A DNA stretch of 64,000 nt, taken from Camelus dromedarius (Eukaryota). The stretch lies in the NCBI RefSeq assembly GCF_036321535.1, contig NC_087437.1:64234001-64298000 (forward strand), read 5' to 3'. The stretch's first letter is position 1, and the number at the start of each line of letters is the position of its first letter. Shown here one piece after another: positions 48,605 through 61,355 of this stretch. Below the pieces are notes generated by a model. It did no database searches, had not been told where the DNA came from, and worked only from the letters and a program-made list of their open reading frames with translations. The position numbers and the translations under genes were made by a program.

Positions 48605-51600
48605 GTGAGAGCCGCTTCCCTCTCTGTCCTTTTTGGCAGTGACTATGTCCTGAAGGACTTAGGTGGAACCTCTGCAGGGTCTCTCCGGCTATTGAAAGTC
48701 CCAGGATGCTCATGTCCTATAGGGTACAGAGACTCTTCCTTTGGGATAGGTGTAAGAAGGATGGGCAGCTGAGAACTGGGGGGATCTGATTCTAGTCTCC
48801 AGACAATTCATTCAGGGGAAAGAAGAGGGGAGGGAAGGGTCTTTCTCTGAAACACCTTTGCTGCAGAATGAGTTTGTGGCTGCCCTGGGTGGAGTGGCCA
48901 AGGGTTGGTCTAGCTCTTCTGGAAGCGGAGCTCTATTTCTTGGCTTCCCTGGGGAAGAATGAGGATGACTCACTCATTAGGAAGTGTCTGGAGATCTCTG
49001 GAAAGCTTCCTTCTGCCCTAAGATGGCTGCAGGGATGCCCATCTTTGGGGCCCTGGGAACCCCCAGGGAAAGGGACCTTGGCGACTAATATCTCCTTCTG
49101 TCAAGGCAGGGTGTGAGAGTGTCCTATTAAAGTCTCTCCCAAACTGGGGTTTGTGAATCACTGGACATATTCTGAGGGGCTCATAAGTTCTTGATAAAGA
49201 GTTTCTAAAATTAGCATCTACATTTGATGATAATGTAAAAACAAAACACAAACACCGTAGTGCCCCACGTGTTCTCCCACAGCCTGTTAGCCAGTTTGGC
49301 GATCGCTGGGGGTGTTAGGACCACATCCACACTTCAGGATTCATCACCTAGCTGGCAGCTCATACTGGGATCTGCAGATGTGGTCTCAGGGGTTCCCAGG
49401 TTCTTAAGTATGATCAACAGCTATCCAATTTCCTCTCCACTTTAACCCTGGCAGCAAGGCAGGGCAAGGACTACCACCTCTGTTTACCACTGAGAGGGCT
49501 GAGGTGTAGATGGTTGGAGGGACTTGTCAGAGCCAGGCCTCAATGCCAGTGTCCTGACTCTGTCCGTGCACTCCCCACTGCAGAGTGACCAAGTGCTCCT
49601 CCCTCAGGTGCCCCCGTAGCCCATCCTCTGCGACTCCACACAGCCAGCTGAGAAGGGCAATAGGGAAACCAGAATGGAAAAGTGAATCCATGAGACCAAG
49701 GCTGGCCCGGGACTTGGGGGATGGGAGGCAGTATGGATAGGAGTTGGGGACGGCGAGCTGGGGAGGCTGGGGGCCTTTCAGATGTTCGGCCTTCCCAGCT
49801 GTGGGCTGGCTCCTGTCTCAGGGAGGAGGGTTTGCAGCTGTCTTCTCTGTGCTGTCTTGTTTGAGCTGGGATCTGAGGCTTTGAAGGCTTAAGTGGATTA
49901 AAGGAAATTAGCAATGTCCTTAAGCCTGCAAAACGCACGCACACCCTCAGACTTCTGATGGCTCCTGAAGTGCTGGTGGCTGTCACTGAAGGGGAGGGCC
50001 AAGGGGTGGGGCCCTGAGAACCATCCTCCTCAGGTGGGGGCCCCCTTCAGCAGCTCCTAATGAACTATTTCATCTCAGGGGCTTTGCTGGGGCCCTTTGG
50101 CCTGGCTGCTTCTAGGGGCAGGACCGTGGAAGGAGAGCAGGGGAATCCCTGTCTCCCAGCTAGGCTGGTCTGTACTGGAGCAAACTGGGTGGTGACGGGA
50201 GGAGGGTGAAGAGCCGGAAGATGTGTTCCTTGAGTGCCTGTCTTCCTTCACACCAGTTCAAACCTCCAGGTATAAATCACTTGAGTGAAACTGACTTCTT
50301 ACTCCACCCTCTTTCAGAAGGTAGGAATGGGGCTCAGAGTGACATAGGCAGTTGACAAAGTGTAACTAAGGAATCCTCTAAGCCCCGGGCAAGCGGAGAT
50401 GGTCCCTCATCCTAGGCGGACAGCTCTGGAGGGTGGTGTCATCTCAGCTTCTCTGGCCAGCACATTTTTCCTTTTGCCACAGCTTGGCCTTTCTAGGTGG
50501 CAGGCAGAAGCCAGTATGGAGTTAACACTGGCAGTGGTTAATCCACAAAGTGGGTAGTTGAATTGACTATAATTAAAATCACAGATGCGTCATAGAGAAT
50601 GTCATTTTTCTCTTAAAGTCGCCGTCCAAAGCCTTCACTGCACACGGAGCTCAGAACGTGCTTGGTGTTTTAACAACAGCCTTCCCTCTGGTCCTCTTTG
50701 CCTGTTTAATAAGAGGACGCTGGCTCCCTTCCCAAGACGGCTCCCCCAGGATCACGGCACTGCGCCCGCGGAGTCTCCCCCCTCACTCCTTCCTTCTTGC
50801 CCTTGTCAGTCACTTTGGGGTAAGAGAGAGTGACAGAAACTGGAAGGGGCCACCTCCTACTGCCCCATCCTCACCTCCCACTGTCATCCTGGCTTCTGCC
50901 CTGTTTCCTTTTCCTCTCCCCTCCACCCTAAGAAAGGGCCAGAGTGAAGGTGGAGCAGAGTCATCTCCAGATGAAATTTCTCCTACTTTGCTGCAGAGCC
51001 ATCATGCCACCTCTTCCCCTGTTCAGCTGCCTACATCTGGAATACCCCTGTTGGAAGGGAAGAAGGGGGTTAAACTGTGACCCAGTTGCTACTCTTGGGG
51101 AGCACCCTGTGTGCTGGGGACAGGCAACCCTCTCACCCTGACTTCTTCCCTTCACAGAGAACAGATGAGCACTTTCAGAGTGACAGAAACACACAATGTG
51201 AATGGAACGGGAAGGGTAAAGAGAGTGTGGAACAAAATAAGATCAGGGTGGAGAGCTTATAATCCAGGAAGGCTTCCTGGAGGAAGAGGACCCTTGTCTT
51301 AGTCTCTAAGGTAGGATGATATCCTACCAGGATTTCCAAACGTGGCCCTTAGGTCAGCTAAAAACTCTACCTGACTCCAGATTCACGCCTTATACTGAGA
51401 TTGCTCAGATGCCATTGCAACTTCGTGACAATTCTTGCCAATAGTCATCTGCTGAGGGCAGAGGCAGACACAAGAGGTTTGCTTCATTTTGCTGCAGCAT
51501 TTTCTTCTTTTTTTAATTGTGCATATCACACTTTTTTTGAAAAACATCCAACTCACAAAACCTTCAGTTCTCTGGGGAGCGATTAAGTCTTTTCCTGTCA

Positions 51601-52169
51601 TGCAGAAATGAAGGGCTGCTTTTACTCTGTAATGCAGGGATAATGAGCAATGATTTATTTCCCTTGGATTACACACACACACACATTTGTGCACACATGC
51701 ACGCACACACTCACTCCTCTGGCCATTCTGGAAGCCAGTCACTAATGCACTGTGGGGAGAAAGCACAGGGCCTCTCACATTTCCCCCTCATCTTTCCCAT
51801 ATCAGCATGAAACTTCCTCTGCCCCACAGCACTCTCATTACTAGTCAGTTCCCTCCCATCCATGAGGAAGGGGCTGAGGGAGAGCTATTAGGGGGCTGTG
51901 AGCCACGGTGGGGGAAATAGGCTTCCAGCTGGAGGGCAACAGGGAAAGTCAGCTGGGCGCTGTTCCCTAGACCACTGCCCCATCCATCCAGAGTGCTACA
52001 AGGGCTCCTCTCTGCCCACCCAGTCCCCATGAAAGACTTTGGCCTTGGCTGGGAAGATCCTTCCTTGGAGACAGATGGACACTTCCTACTCACCCTCCAT
52101 TTCTTCCACCTCTGTGTAGCTTTGTCTGAAAACTTGATTCTTCTTATACAGAAAGGAGTTGAGGATTAT

Positions 52170-52980
52170 TTGTACATTCATTCAAATACTTCCAGGTGCT
52201 GGACAGAGCCTAGAGATCCAAGAAGCAAGATCTTCCCTGTCCACCAGGGCAAACTGCCGGGTTAGACACCCAGGCAGATGGAGGCTTTGATGACAGTCAA
52301 GTAGAGGTATATGGGAGCCCTTTACCTTGCATGAGGGAGTCAGGGAAGGCTTCTTGGAGGAGGTGGGGTGGGGATGGGTGCAAACAAGAACTGTTCATCG
52401 AGCAGGAAGAGAAGTGCAAAGGTCTACAGGTTCCTGTGGGATAGATCTGGAGACGTGCACCACAGTCTGGTTGAATGTAGCTGGGGTGGAGGGTTTGAGG
52501 GGGGAATATATGAGCTGAAACATCATTCTTTTAGTGGATCACTAAATAATTTATTTAGACATTCTACCTCGAAGGACACTGGAACCAGAACCCAAAGGCC
52601 TTCACAGGAGTTGGGATTTTTCCTAGGGGCAACTAGGAGCTATTAAAGGGTTTTAAGCTGAAGAGTGACATCAGATTTGCATTTTAGAAAGACTGCTTGG
52701 TTGCCATGTGGGAAATGGACTGGAGGGGCAGGAGTGGAAGCCAGGCCAGTTAGGATGCTGTTGGCACTAGTCTAGGCAAGAGATGATGGTGGCTTGGTAG
52801 GGGGATGGAGTACAGAGGGCAAGATGGACAGATTTCAGGACAGTGTGGAGATAGAACAGACAGGATTTGCCAGTGTGTTTGGTGTGGCTGTTGAGGGTCT
52901 CGGGAGTCAAGGATGATTACAGGTCTCCCTTTGGGCAGCAAAGGGGGCAACTGGAGCCCTCCTCTGAGCTAGGGAACAAA
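52170..52980 (-). mobile_element. L2 LINE remnant
   Basis: cattcattcaaatac...agtcagggaaggcttcttggaggaggtg...aagggttttaagc...agatttgcattttagaaaga...ggagtcaaggatga. Confidence 0.8.
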
Positions 52981-53185
52981 GCAGGAGCAGTGACAACACC
53001 CTCACTCCCTGTCCCCTAACCGGCTACTCACTGAGCTGGTGGAACCCAGGTCTCTGGGGTGCCTCCTGCCTCACCACAGCCTGACGGCAGCCCTGATGGC
53101 AGCCCTTCCATTCTTGGGTCCGATGCTGGTGCAGCTGGGGTCCCTGGTCCAACAGTAACCGAATGGCTGCCTCTCCCTCCCCTAG

Positions 53186-53285
53186 ATCTGAAGCCATGGG
53201 TCTCTAACTTCACCTACCCTGGAGCCCGAGATTTCTCCCAGCTCGCTCTGGATCCTTCCAGAAACCAGCTCATCGTGGGAGCCAG
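53186..53285 (+). CDS. SEMA5B: Semaphorin-5B coding exon (100 bp), start of Sema domain
   Basis: Acceptor ctctccctcccctAG; (G)AT completes Asp; DLKPWVSNFTYPGARDFSQLALDPSRNQLIVGA(R); phase-2 donor AG|GTAATG; in frame with both neighbouring exons. Confidence 0.97.
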
Positions 53286-53889
53286 GTAATGAGGTGTAGG
53301 AGGGGTGGGTCCAGGACTGGGGGACCAATTCTAAGTGAATTGGGTGGAGGGAATATTATTTGGGACGACCCACTGTGGGCAGACACACAACCTGGGCCAG
53401 GCCCTCTGTGTGTCTGAATGTCTGTCCTCCACAGAAGGAAGCATTCCTGGGGAGTGGTGGGGAAGGGTGGCAGGGAAGCGACCTCTAGACCTTCAGATCT
53501 CAGCAACCCACGTTCCTCAGTGTCCGGCAATTATTGAGGGCAGGAATGCCCACTGGCGACCTCCTAGCCCCTGTCCCTGCCATGCTGCCAGGACTGGCCT
53601 TGCTAGTGTCCTCCATGGGAGCTTGGTGCAGAAAAGGTGCCCAGGAGCCCCCTGCTGGCCAGCTGGTTGCCTGCACCTGGGACACGGGACATGTGCTTTA
53701 TTATGAAGGACCTCACTTCCCTGTTGTTGCCTGACCTCGGTTAGCTCCACTGTCCAGCTCTGCTATTCAAAGGATAACACGCTCTAGGGAGGACTTGTGG
53801 AGACTTTATGGGGTGGAGTAGGAGAGAATTCTCACAAAATCAGAGACCGTCAGCTCTGCTATTGAAGGGAGCTTAGAGATGATCTGCTC

Positions 53890-54068
53890 CAGTGGGTGTC
53901 AAAGAGTGGTCCCGCATCCACAGCACTGGGGACCTTGTTAGAAATGCAGGTTCTTGAGCTCCACCCCCGACCTACTGAATCAGAAACTCTGGAGGTGCAG
54001 CCCAGCAACCCGTGTTTTAACAAGCCCCCTAGGTGAACCTGATGCACACTGAGGTTAGAGAAGTGCTG
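53890..54068 (+). mobile_element. MER5A inserted in a MIR3-like element
   Basis: cttgttagaaatgcaggttctt...gacctactgaatcagaaactctgg...ttttaacaagccc; degenerate 8-bp flanks atctgctc and gtctgatc. Confidence 0.88.
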
Positions 54069-54849
54069 GTCTGATCCAACTACCCTCGATTTAAACATGA
54101 GGAAGCAGAGGCTGGAGAGGGGAGGGTGACCTTCCCAAGATCATGTAGCAGAAAATGACAACAGAATCTGGGGACTAGAACTCAGGTCCCCTAGCCTCGG
54201 GGCTAGAGTTTTTTCTGCCAACCCATGTTACCACCTCCAACTATGCTGGAAGCTCTCCACCCGTAGGGGTTCTGATTCAGCAGGTCTAGGGTGGGGGAGG
54301 GTAGCCACTGGGTTGGCACCTCCAGGCTACACTATATAGCTGACTGCCCTTGACTTCTGGACTTTCCTGAGTGCCCTCACCCCTTCATTTGCCATGTGAA
54401 AAGGAGGCAAGTCAAGGACAGAACTCTGGACCAGATGAGCTGCATTCTTATCCTAGGTGATCTTGACCTTTGAGCCTCAGTTTTCTCATCTGTAAAGTCT
54501 GAGTCACCATCTCTGTGCTGCCAACATCACAGGGCTTTTAGGAAGCTGGGGCTAAATGCATTTTTTTTTTAATTTTGAAATTAACCTATTTTGCATCAGT
54601 GATGTGTGTTATGGTATAACATTCAGAAGGTACAAAAGTGAAAAGCAGGGCCACCCTCATACGCCAAGCGGAGCTCCTCATTTGGAGGCATGCCCTGCAG
54701 TGAGTTTGTGTATCCTCTCAGAGGTAATCTCTACATGCGCAAGTGTACCGGAGTCGAGACCTTATTTTCCCAGCAAAGAGAGTAATTGTTTTACTGTTTA
54801 TTTTGAGATAATCATAGAATTACATGCAGTTATAAGAAATAATAGAGGA

Positions 54850-54970
54850 GGGGAGAGAGTATATAGCTCAAGTGGTAGAGCACATGCTTAGCATGCAGGA
54901 GGTCCTGGGTTCAATCCCCAGTTCCTCCTCCAAGAATAAATAAATAAATAAACCTAATTACCTCCTCACC
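54850..54970 (+). mobile_element. Vic-1-like camelid tRNA-derived SINE, inserted in an old reverse L1
   Basis: A-box tagctcaagtgg, B-box ggttcaatcc, then (aata)n and cctaattacctcc. Confidence 0.88.
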
Positions 54971-54984
54971 AATCATCATCATTA

Positions 54985-55026
54985 TCCTCCTCCTCCTCCT
55001 CCTCCTCCTCCTCCTCCTCCTCCTCC
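54985..55026. repeat. (TCC)14 microsatellite
   Basis: Perfect trinucleotide run at the SINE tail position. Confidence 0.95.
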
Positions 55027-55183
55027 TATCCTTATACCCCTCACCCAGTTCCCCCCAGTGGTAACATCCTGCATAACCACAGTACAACGTTACAGTCAGG
55101 AAGCCAACACTGATTCCACCCTTCTACCTGATTCAGAGCCCACCAGTTTTACATATGTGCTTTTTAAAATCCTGATGCCTTTG

Positions 55184-55567
55184 AGATAAGTCAGAGAAAG
55201 ACAAATACTGAATGTTATCATTTATATGTGGGATCTGAAAAGATAAAATAAACGAATGAATATAACAAAACAGAAACAGACTCACGGATGTAGAGAACGA
55301 ACTAGTGATTACCAGTGGGAAGAGCGCTGTGGGGAGGGGCAAGGTCAGGGTAGGGGATTAAGAGGTACAAACTACTGTGTATAAAATAAATCAGTTACAA
55401 GGATACATTGTAGAGCACAGGGAAATAGAGCTAATATTTTATAATAGCCTTAAATGGAGTATAGTTTATAAAAATTTTGAATCACTAAGCTGTACACTTG
55501 GAACATATAATATTGTAAATCAACTATACCTTAAATAAATAAACAAACAAACAAATATATAAATGAA
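55184..55567 (+). mobile_element. 5'-truncated LINE-1 3' UTR with TSD
   Basis: acagaaacagactcacggatgtagagaac...tgtaaatcaactatac; TSD atgcctttg at 55175-55183 and 55568-55576. Confidence 0.88.
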
Positions 55568-57081
55568 ATGCCTTTGCTCTGAATCTCATGGAAGTGTTTT
55601 GAAAGCTGCCATTCATTCCACACCTGCCATGTGCCAGGCACTATTTCATGTACCACATGTGTAGTAAAACATCTAAAAAGGTCCAGTCAATGTTGTAAAT
55701 CAGGCACAGAATAAATCGTGCAACCTTCACGGTAACCCCAGGCAGTGAGCTCTACGATTATCCCCGCTGTCCGGACCAGGAGTCTAAAATGCAAGAGGGC
55801 AAGCCTCCTGCCTGTGTTCACACTGCTCCCGATCTGCGTCCTCCCCTACACATGGGGAGGCGTCCCTGGGCCTGTGTCCTCGAGCCTGGCTGTATCCGCA
55901 GAGAACAAGGAGCAAATTGGTCCTGGACCGGGTCCCTTGCACCCCTTACAGCAAATGAAGTGGGTCCTCAGTGTCTTCCTTCTGCCCTTTTCTGTAGGAG
56001 CTTCTTTCCTTCCTCCTTCTCTTCTGCCTGACATTCCTCTCCCTTCTTGGTGACCCCCTGGGCCTCTGGAATTCAGGCTAGGGAAATCTTTTATTCATTT
56101 TTACCCCACTTTATTCCATAAGGGGTTTAGGGTGGATCAGGCTACAGAGATTTCTCTCTGTTCTCATCTCCCAGAAGAGCAGACGTGGATGTTGTGATGA
56201 ATGATTTTTGATGGGATGAAAATGAAGAAAGTGTTGCAATGTTTCCGCTAATTTTTTAAAGCTGTGAGCAGATGCCTGTGTTACCTGAGCGGACAGCTGG
56301 GGCAGAGCCACATGCTGGAGCCCATCTGTCCTCAGGTTAAGGGGCCGGGGGTTGGGGGATGAGCCCTGCTGAGGACCTAGGGAGGGTCAGGGGAAGGGAG
56401 GGGCCTGAGGAGGAGGAACCACAGAGGCCTGGAGCCAAGGTCACCCAGTGAGGCCTGCCGAGACAGCAGAGCAGCCGAGTGGGTCCTGGGCCTGGAGCCA
56501 GAGGTGTCTCCTTCAGGCCCCCGGATCCACTCAGCAGGGCCCCTCCCTCTCTTTCTGGCCCACTCCACAACCTTTCCCCTCGTTTCTCAGGACAGCCGAG
56601 ATAGGCCAGAACTTTCTAAAGCAATTATTCCTAAAAACTTCAAGAACTGAAAGAAATGGCCAAAAGAAGATGTACGAAGGAAAGAAAATTCTTCGGGAAA
56701 ACCAAGACTTCACATCTGCTTGACATTACCTCTGCCTTTTAACGCGCATCACCCCGCCCCGTCCTCACAGCCCTGTGAAGTAAGAAAGACAGACGTTAGT
56801 TTCTCCGCTTTACAGAGGTGGACACTGAGGCCCCCAGAGGCCCCTCAGCAAGCGACGGAGCTGGCATTCTTCCTGTCTCTGCCGCGGGGGCTCCTCTGTG
56901 AACCTGCAGTCACTTTCCTGTGGCTCTCTGCCCTGGGGTCCTGCCACCCTCCGAGTCCATGCACAGTGGCCTCGTGACTCCAGAGTCCAGGCAAAGCGAT
57001 TTCGGCCTCACCTGACACTGAGAGTGCTCAGTAAGTGGGTGATAGTCATAGTGGTGCTGTCAGCATCAGTATCGTTTAAGG

Positions 57082-57772
57082 GTTTTTTATTTTTCTAAGA
57101 CATTAAGGCTTTATTTTTTAGAGCAGCTTTAGGTTCACAGCAAACTTGACAGGAAGGCACAGAGATTTCCCATAGACCCCCTGTCCTCACACACGCACAA
57201 CTTCCCACACCACCACCATCCCCCAGCAGAGTGGTACACTTCGTACAACTGATGAACCCACATTGACACATCATTATTACCCAAAGTCCAGAGTTTACGT
57301 TAAGGTTCACTCTTGGTGTTGTACATTCTATAGGTTTGGACAAGTGTGATATTATGTAGTCATCATTATAGTATCTTATTGAGTGGTTTCAGTCTAAAAG
57401 TCCCTTGTGCACTGCTGTTCACCCGTGCCCCCCACTCTCACCCCCAGCGACCACTGATCTTTTAATGTCTCTGTAGTTTTGCCTTTTCCAGAATGTCATA
57501 TAATGACATCATACAGTATGCAGCCTTTTCAGATTGGTGACTTTCACTTAGTGGTGTGTATTTAAGCTTGTCTTTTCCATGTCTTTTCATGGCTTAATGG
57601 TTCATTCCTTTTTAACACTGAATAATATTCCATTGTCTGAATGCACCAGAGTTTATTTATCCACTCACCTACTGAAGGACATTTTGGTTTCTTCCAAGTT
57701 TCGGCAATTATGAATAAAGCTGTTATAAACATCTGTGTGCAGGTTTTTGTGTGGACGTAAGTTTCCTTTTTT
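57082..57772 (-). mobile_element. L1MC-type LINE-1 3' end
   Basis: ttttagagcagctttaggttcacagcaaa...gttcactcttggtgttgtacattctat...tatgaataaagctgttataaacat. Confidence 0.9.
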
Positions 57773-57979
57773 AAGGTTTTGGAGCAGAGGCTGAGCATAT
57801 GATGACAGCAGAGTTTGAGGAAAACTAGCCTGGCTGCCCTGTGCAGGCGGAATTGGGGGAAAGGAAGTGAGGTGGCCAAGGGGTAATCTGGATAAGAGGA
57901 GACAGGTTGGTCCAGGGAGGTGGCCATGGAAATGTCAGATTCAGAGTCATTGACTGCAGGAGGGACTGCGGGAGATGAG

Positions 57980-58255
57980 GGAGAAGACAGATCATATGAT
58001 ATCACTTATATGTGGAATCTAAAAAAATGCCAAAAATGAACTTATTTTCACAACAGAAACAGACTCACAGACATGGAAAACAAACTTACGGTTACCAGGA
58101 GGAAAGGCGGGAGGGATAAATTAGGAGTTTGGGATTTGCAGGTACTAACTACTATATATAAAATAGATAAACAACAATGCCCTAGTGTACAGCATAGGGA
58201 ACTATATTCAGTATCTTGTAATAGCCTATAATGAAAAAGAATATGAAAAAAAAAA
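57980..58255 (+). mobile_element. Young LINE-1 3' UTR fragment
   Basis: Closely similar to 46380-46660; ends in an A10 run. Confidence 0.88.
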
Positions 58256-58364
58256 GGAAAGCGACAGGACCCCAAGGGCCCAAGAGCTCCATGAGGCTTG
58301 AAGTTGAACAGAAACAGGTTCCACGGCTGGGAATGGGACAGGAGGTTCTGCCCTGGGCCTGCTG

Positions 58365-58545
58365 GGATGGTGGGGAGTAGAGACAGCATGGGCTTTGGAA
58401 GCAGAGGAGTCTGGGTTTCCATCCTACCTCCTCCACTTACTGTCTCTCTGACTTGGATCATTTACCTAACTTGTTTTCTCATCTGTAAAATGGAGTTTTC
58501 TCTCTGTCCTGCTGGGGTTGCTGTGCATAGTAAATGAGCTAGTGA
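58365..58545 (+). mobile_element. MIR SINE
   Basis: acagcatgggctttggaagcag...ctcatctgtaaaatgg...gggttgctgtg. Confidence 0.75.
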
Positions 58546-58697
58546 AGGTCAAGCTCACCCTGGGGTCAGCCCACCATTGGCCCTCTGTTGTTGGCACCTT
58601 GTCCTGGCACCCGGTGAGGCAGGAGCCAGGAAGCTGCTTCCTGGGGACCTGCCTGCACAACCAGCTTGACTTACGATCTCCGTTTCTGTTTTCACAG

Positions 58698-58743
58698 GAA
58701 CTACCTCTTCAGACTCAGCCTTGCCAATGTCTCCCTCCTTCAG
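58698..58743 (+). CDS. SEMA5B: Semaphorin-5B coding exon (46 bp), Sema domain
   Basis: Acceptor tttctgttttcacAG; (AG)G completes Arg, then NYLFRLSLANVSLLQ; phase-0 donor CAG|GTACAT. Confidence 0.96.
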
Positions 58744-59914
58744 GTACATTTGCTTCCCTTCCTTGTAATTTCCCTGGTATTTGGGGGCTGGGGCCGGGGG
58801 CAGCACAAGGAGCAAGATTCAGAATTCAGCCCCTAGGGTTGAAAACAGGGGACCTGTGCTCTTCGCACTGGCCATGGACTCACCCTGGCTGTCAGGGTGA
58901 CTGCTGGGAAGAGACTGGGAAGGGGGGCATGGCCGAGTAAACGGGGAGGCACACACGGGGCTCCTGCACTGCGCAGAGCTGCTGCTGAGGACAGGAGGGA
59001 AAGAGCACCAGAGCTACGTGTCCCTGTTTGCCTGGACTGAGGGGTCCCAGGATGCAAGGCTTTCAGTGGTAGAACCAGTACAGTGCTGGCAAACTGGAAC
59101 TACTGGTCATTCTAAGTCCAGAGCCTGAAGCCACAGGAGGGTCTCTGGGTTTGTGCCTCAAGGGAAAGTGTGTCCCTGGTTCCTTTTTCAGCCTGGCCTG
59201 AGTGATCCCGTTTGAGCTCAGCATTTTCACTGAGCTATGATTGATTTATTATCTGCTGCCAAGAAGGATTCCCCAAGCATAATTCCCTAAGTGCTTTGGG
59301 AGTCGTTTTAATGGGACTCCTTGATCCAGAACATTTATCCCAGATTGAGAAGCAGATGCCAGATCATTTCTGCAGAGGCTGAACATTCTAGAGAAAGGAA
59401 GGCCATCTCTTTGTCAATGAGGAGAGACCCTCAGTTCCTGTTTCCAGGGGAGGCTTGCTGGTCCCCAGAGACCAAGTGTTCACTGAGCGCTCACTGTGTA
59501 TCAGAAGTGAGCTAGGGGCAGAGGCGCTGTAAGACAAGCCAAGTCTCCAACCTCCAGGACTCACAGCACAGCCAGGAAAAGATGATGAATAATATGTAAA
59601 ACCTAATTAGAGACTGGAGAGGAGTTAGTCAGGTGTTTGGAACAGGGTTTCACTGCAAAGGGCAGTCGGGGAAGGAGAGACCACCTTGATGAGCTGGTGT
59701 GACATTCTGGGCTGGTTTCTTCCAGCTGCAGCTGGACCTAGACCCCCCAGGGGCCGTTGCAGCTGGCAGCCACAGAAGAGGTATGAGGGAGCAGTAAAGC
59801 TGTGACCACCAGCAGGGAGGAACCAGGAAGAACTAGGGGAAACTGAAAAGAAATGCCATTCATCCATTTATTGGTATATCTATCCTCCTGCCCACACCCT
59901 TATTAGCCAACCTG

Positions 59915-61150
59915 CCCATTCATCCATCCAACCACCCACTTGATAAACGTTTATTGAATACCAACGAAAGGTTGGGTCCAGTCCCAGGCATGGTACTAAG
60001 CACCTGCGATCCAAAGGTAAATAAGACCCAGGCCCTTTGCCTGAAGGAGCAAGCATGTAAGAGGTCATAAGTGATTCCCTTTCCTGGATGGGAACCATGT
60101 GGCATGTTCCTGGGACCTGGGCTGGAGCAAGGAGGAGTCGTTCCTAGAGGCAGCTTCCCATGTCCTGCCAGTTCAGTCATAAGCAGCCCAACCAGAGCCT
60201 AGTTTCCAACTGGTATCCATGGAAAATGAAACCAAGATGCCAAACTCAGCAGGTCAGGGCCTGGAGGAAGTTGGTGCAGAGATGGTCCAAGGCAGGTGGA
60301 AGGAAGTGGATCCAGAGGTCCTGCTCTGAGCTCAGGGAGTTGGCTTTTTATTATGTTACCACAGTCTGCAAATGAAGGTCTTCTGGGAGCAATAAAGTGG
60401 CCAAAGGAGGGAAAAAGAGACAGATGCACAGAAATAATGAGAGTGCTGTGGGAAGCACATAGAAAGGGGGTGTGTGCCAGATACAGTGGTGGCCCAGAGG
60501 CATGAAGAACCCCACCCCCTCAGGTTCAGCAGATTCTGCAAAGGCTTCCCAGAGAGCTGCTCTTGGGCTGGAGCTTAAAGAATGGGGGTTGGACAGACAG
60601 CTAAGAAGGAGACACAGAGGTGTGAAATAGCATGGACCACCAAGGGGGCCATTGTGACCACATCATGGGGTGGGAGTGGGATAAATTTGGGAGACGAAAC
60701 CCAGGAACAGAGAGAGGCTACATTGCAGAGGGTCTTCATTGCTGAGCAGAGGGGTCCCTATTTTATTGTGAAAGCAAAGAATTTTAAGCAGAGAAGTGGC
60801 ATGAACAGATTTGGTGTACAGATCACCTGGCTCAGTACAGAGAATGGATTTAGTGGAGGAGCTGGTTAGGAATAAGTGCAGTAATTTAAAGTGCAATAAT
60901 TCAGGTGATTGATGGGGAGAATTAAACTAAGGCAGCAGAGAGGGGATGGAGAGAAGACAGAGGAAGAGATCTTTAAGTGGCAGAATCACACAGGGCCATA
61001 GCATCACACAGCTCCAGGGAACACCAGGCACATTGTCTTCTTTATGAAGGTGACCCCTGGAGTTGGGGAAGCTGGCAGCCCTGGAGGGCTTAGTGAAGGC
61101 TTGGACCACAGTGATGCCATGTAGGTTTCTGGCTTGCAGAACTAGGTAGC
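59915..61150 (-). mobile_element. Fragmented L2 LINE remnant
   Basis: aaacgtttattgaatacc tail at about 59945; aattttaagcagagaagtggcatgaacagattt at about 60780; interrupted, boundaries approximate. Confidence 0.6.
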
Positions 61151-61188
61151 ATAAATAAGGGTAGGGGTGGAGCTAGACTGACTCTAGG

Positions 61189-61355
61189 CAGTTGTTCTCC
61201 CTTGATTGCTCACTAGAATCAGCAGAGAAGCTTTTAAAAGCACTGAAGCCTTGGTCTCACTCTCAGGGATGAGGGTTTAGGGTACAGTCAGGCACCAGGA
61301 TTTTTAAAGACTCCCAGGTGATTCGTATGTGCAACCAGGTTTAGGAATCGCTATT
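61189..61355. mobile_element. MER5B-like element
   Basis: cagttgttctc...tagaatca...gaagcttttaaaa...ccaggtgattcgtatgtgcaaccaggtttaggaatcgct. Confidence 0.7.

Noticed and set aside
53059..53185. Open frame upstream of the 100-bp SEMA5B exon
   Set aside because: Intronic read-through of the frame; the acceptor at 53184-53185 and phase matching define the exon.
54860..54925. tRNA-like A and B boxes
   Set aside because: Head of a tRNA-derived SINE with SINE body downstream, not a tRNA gene.
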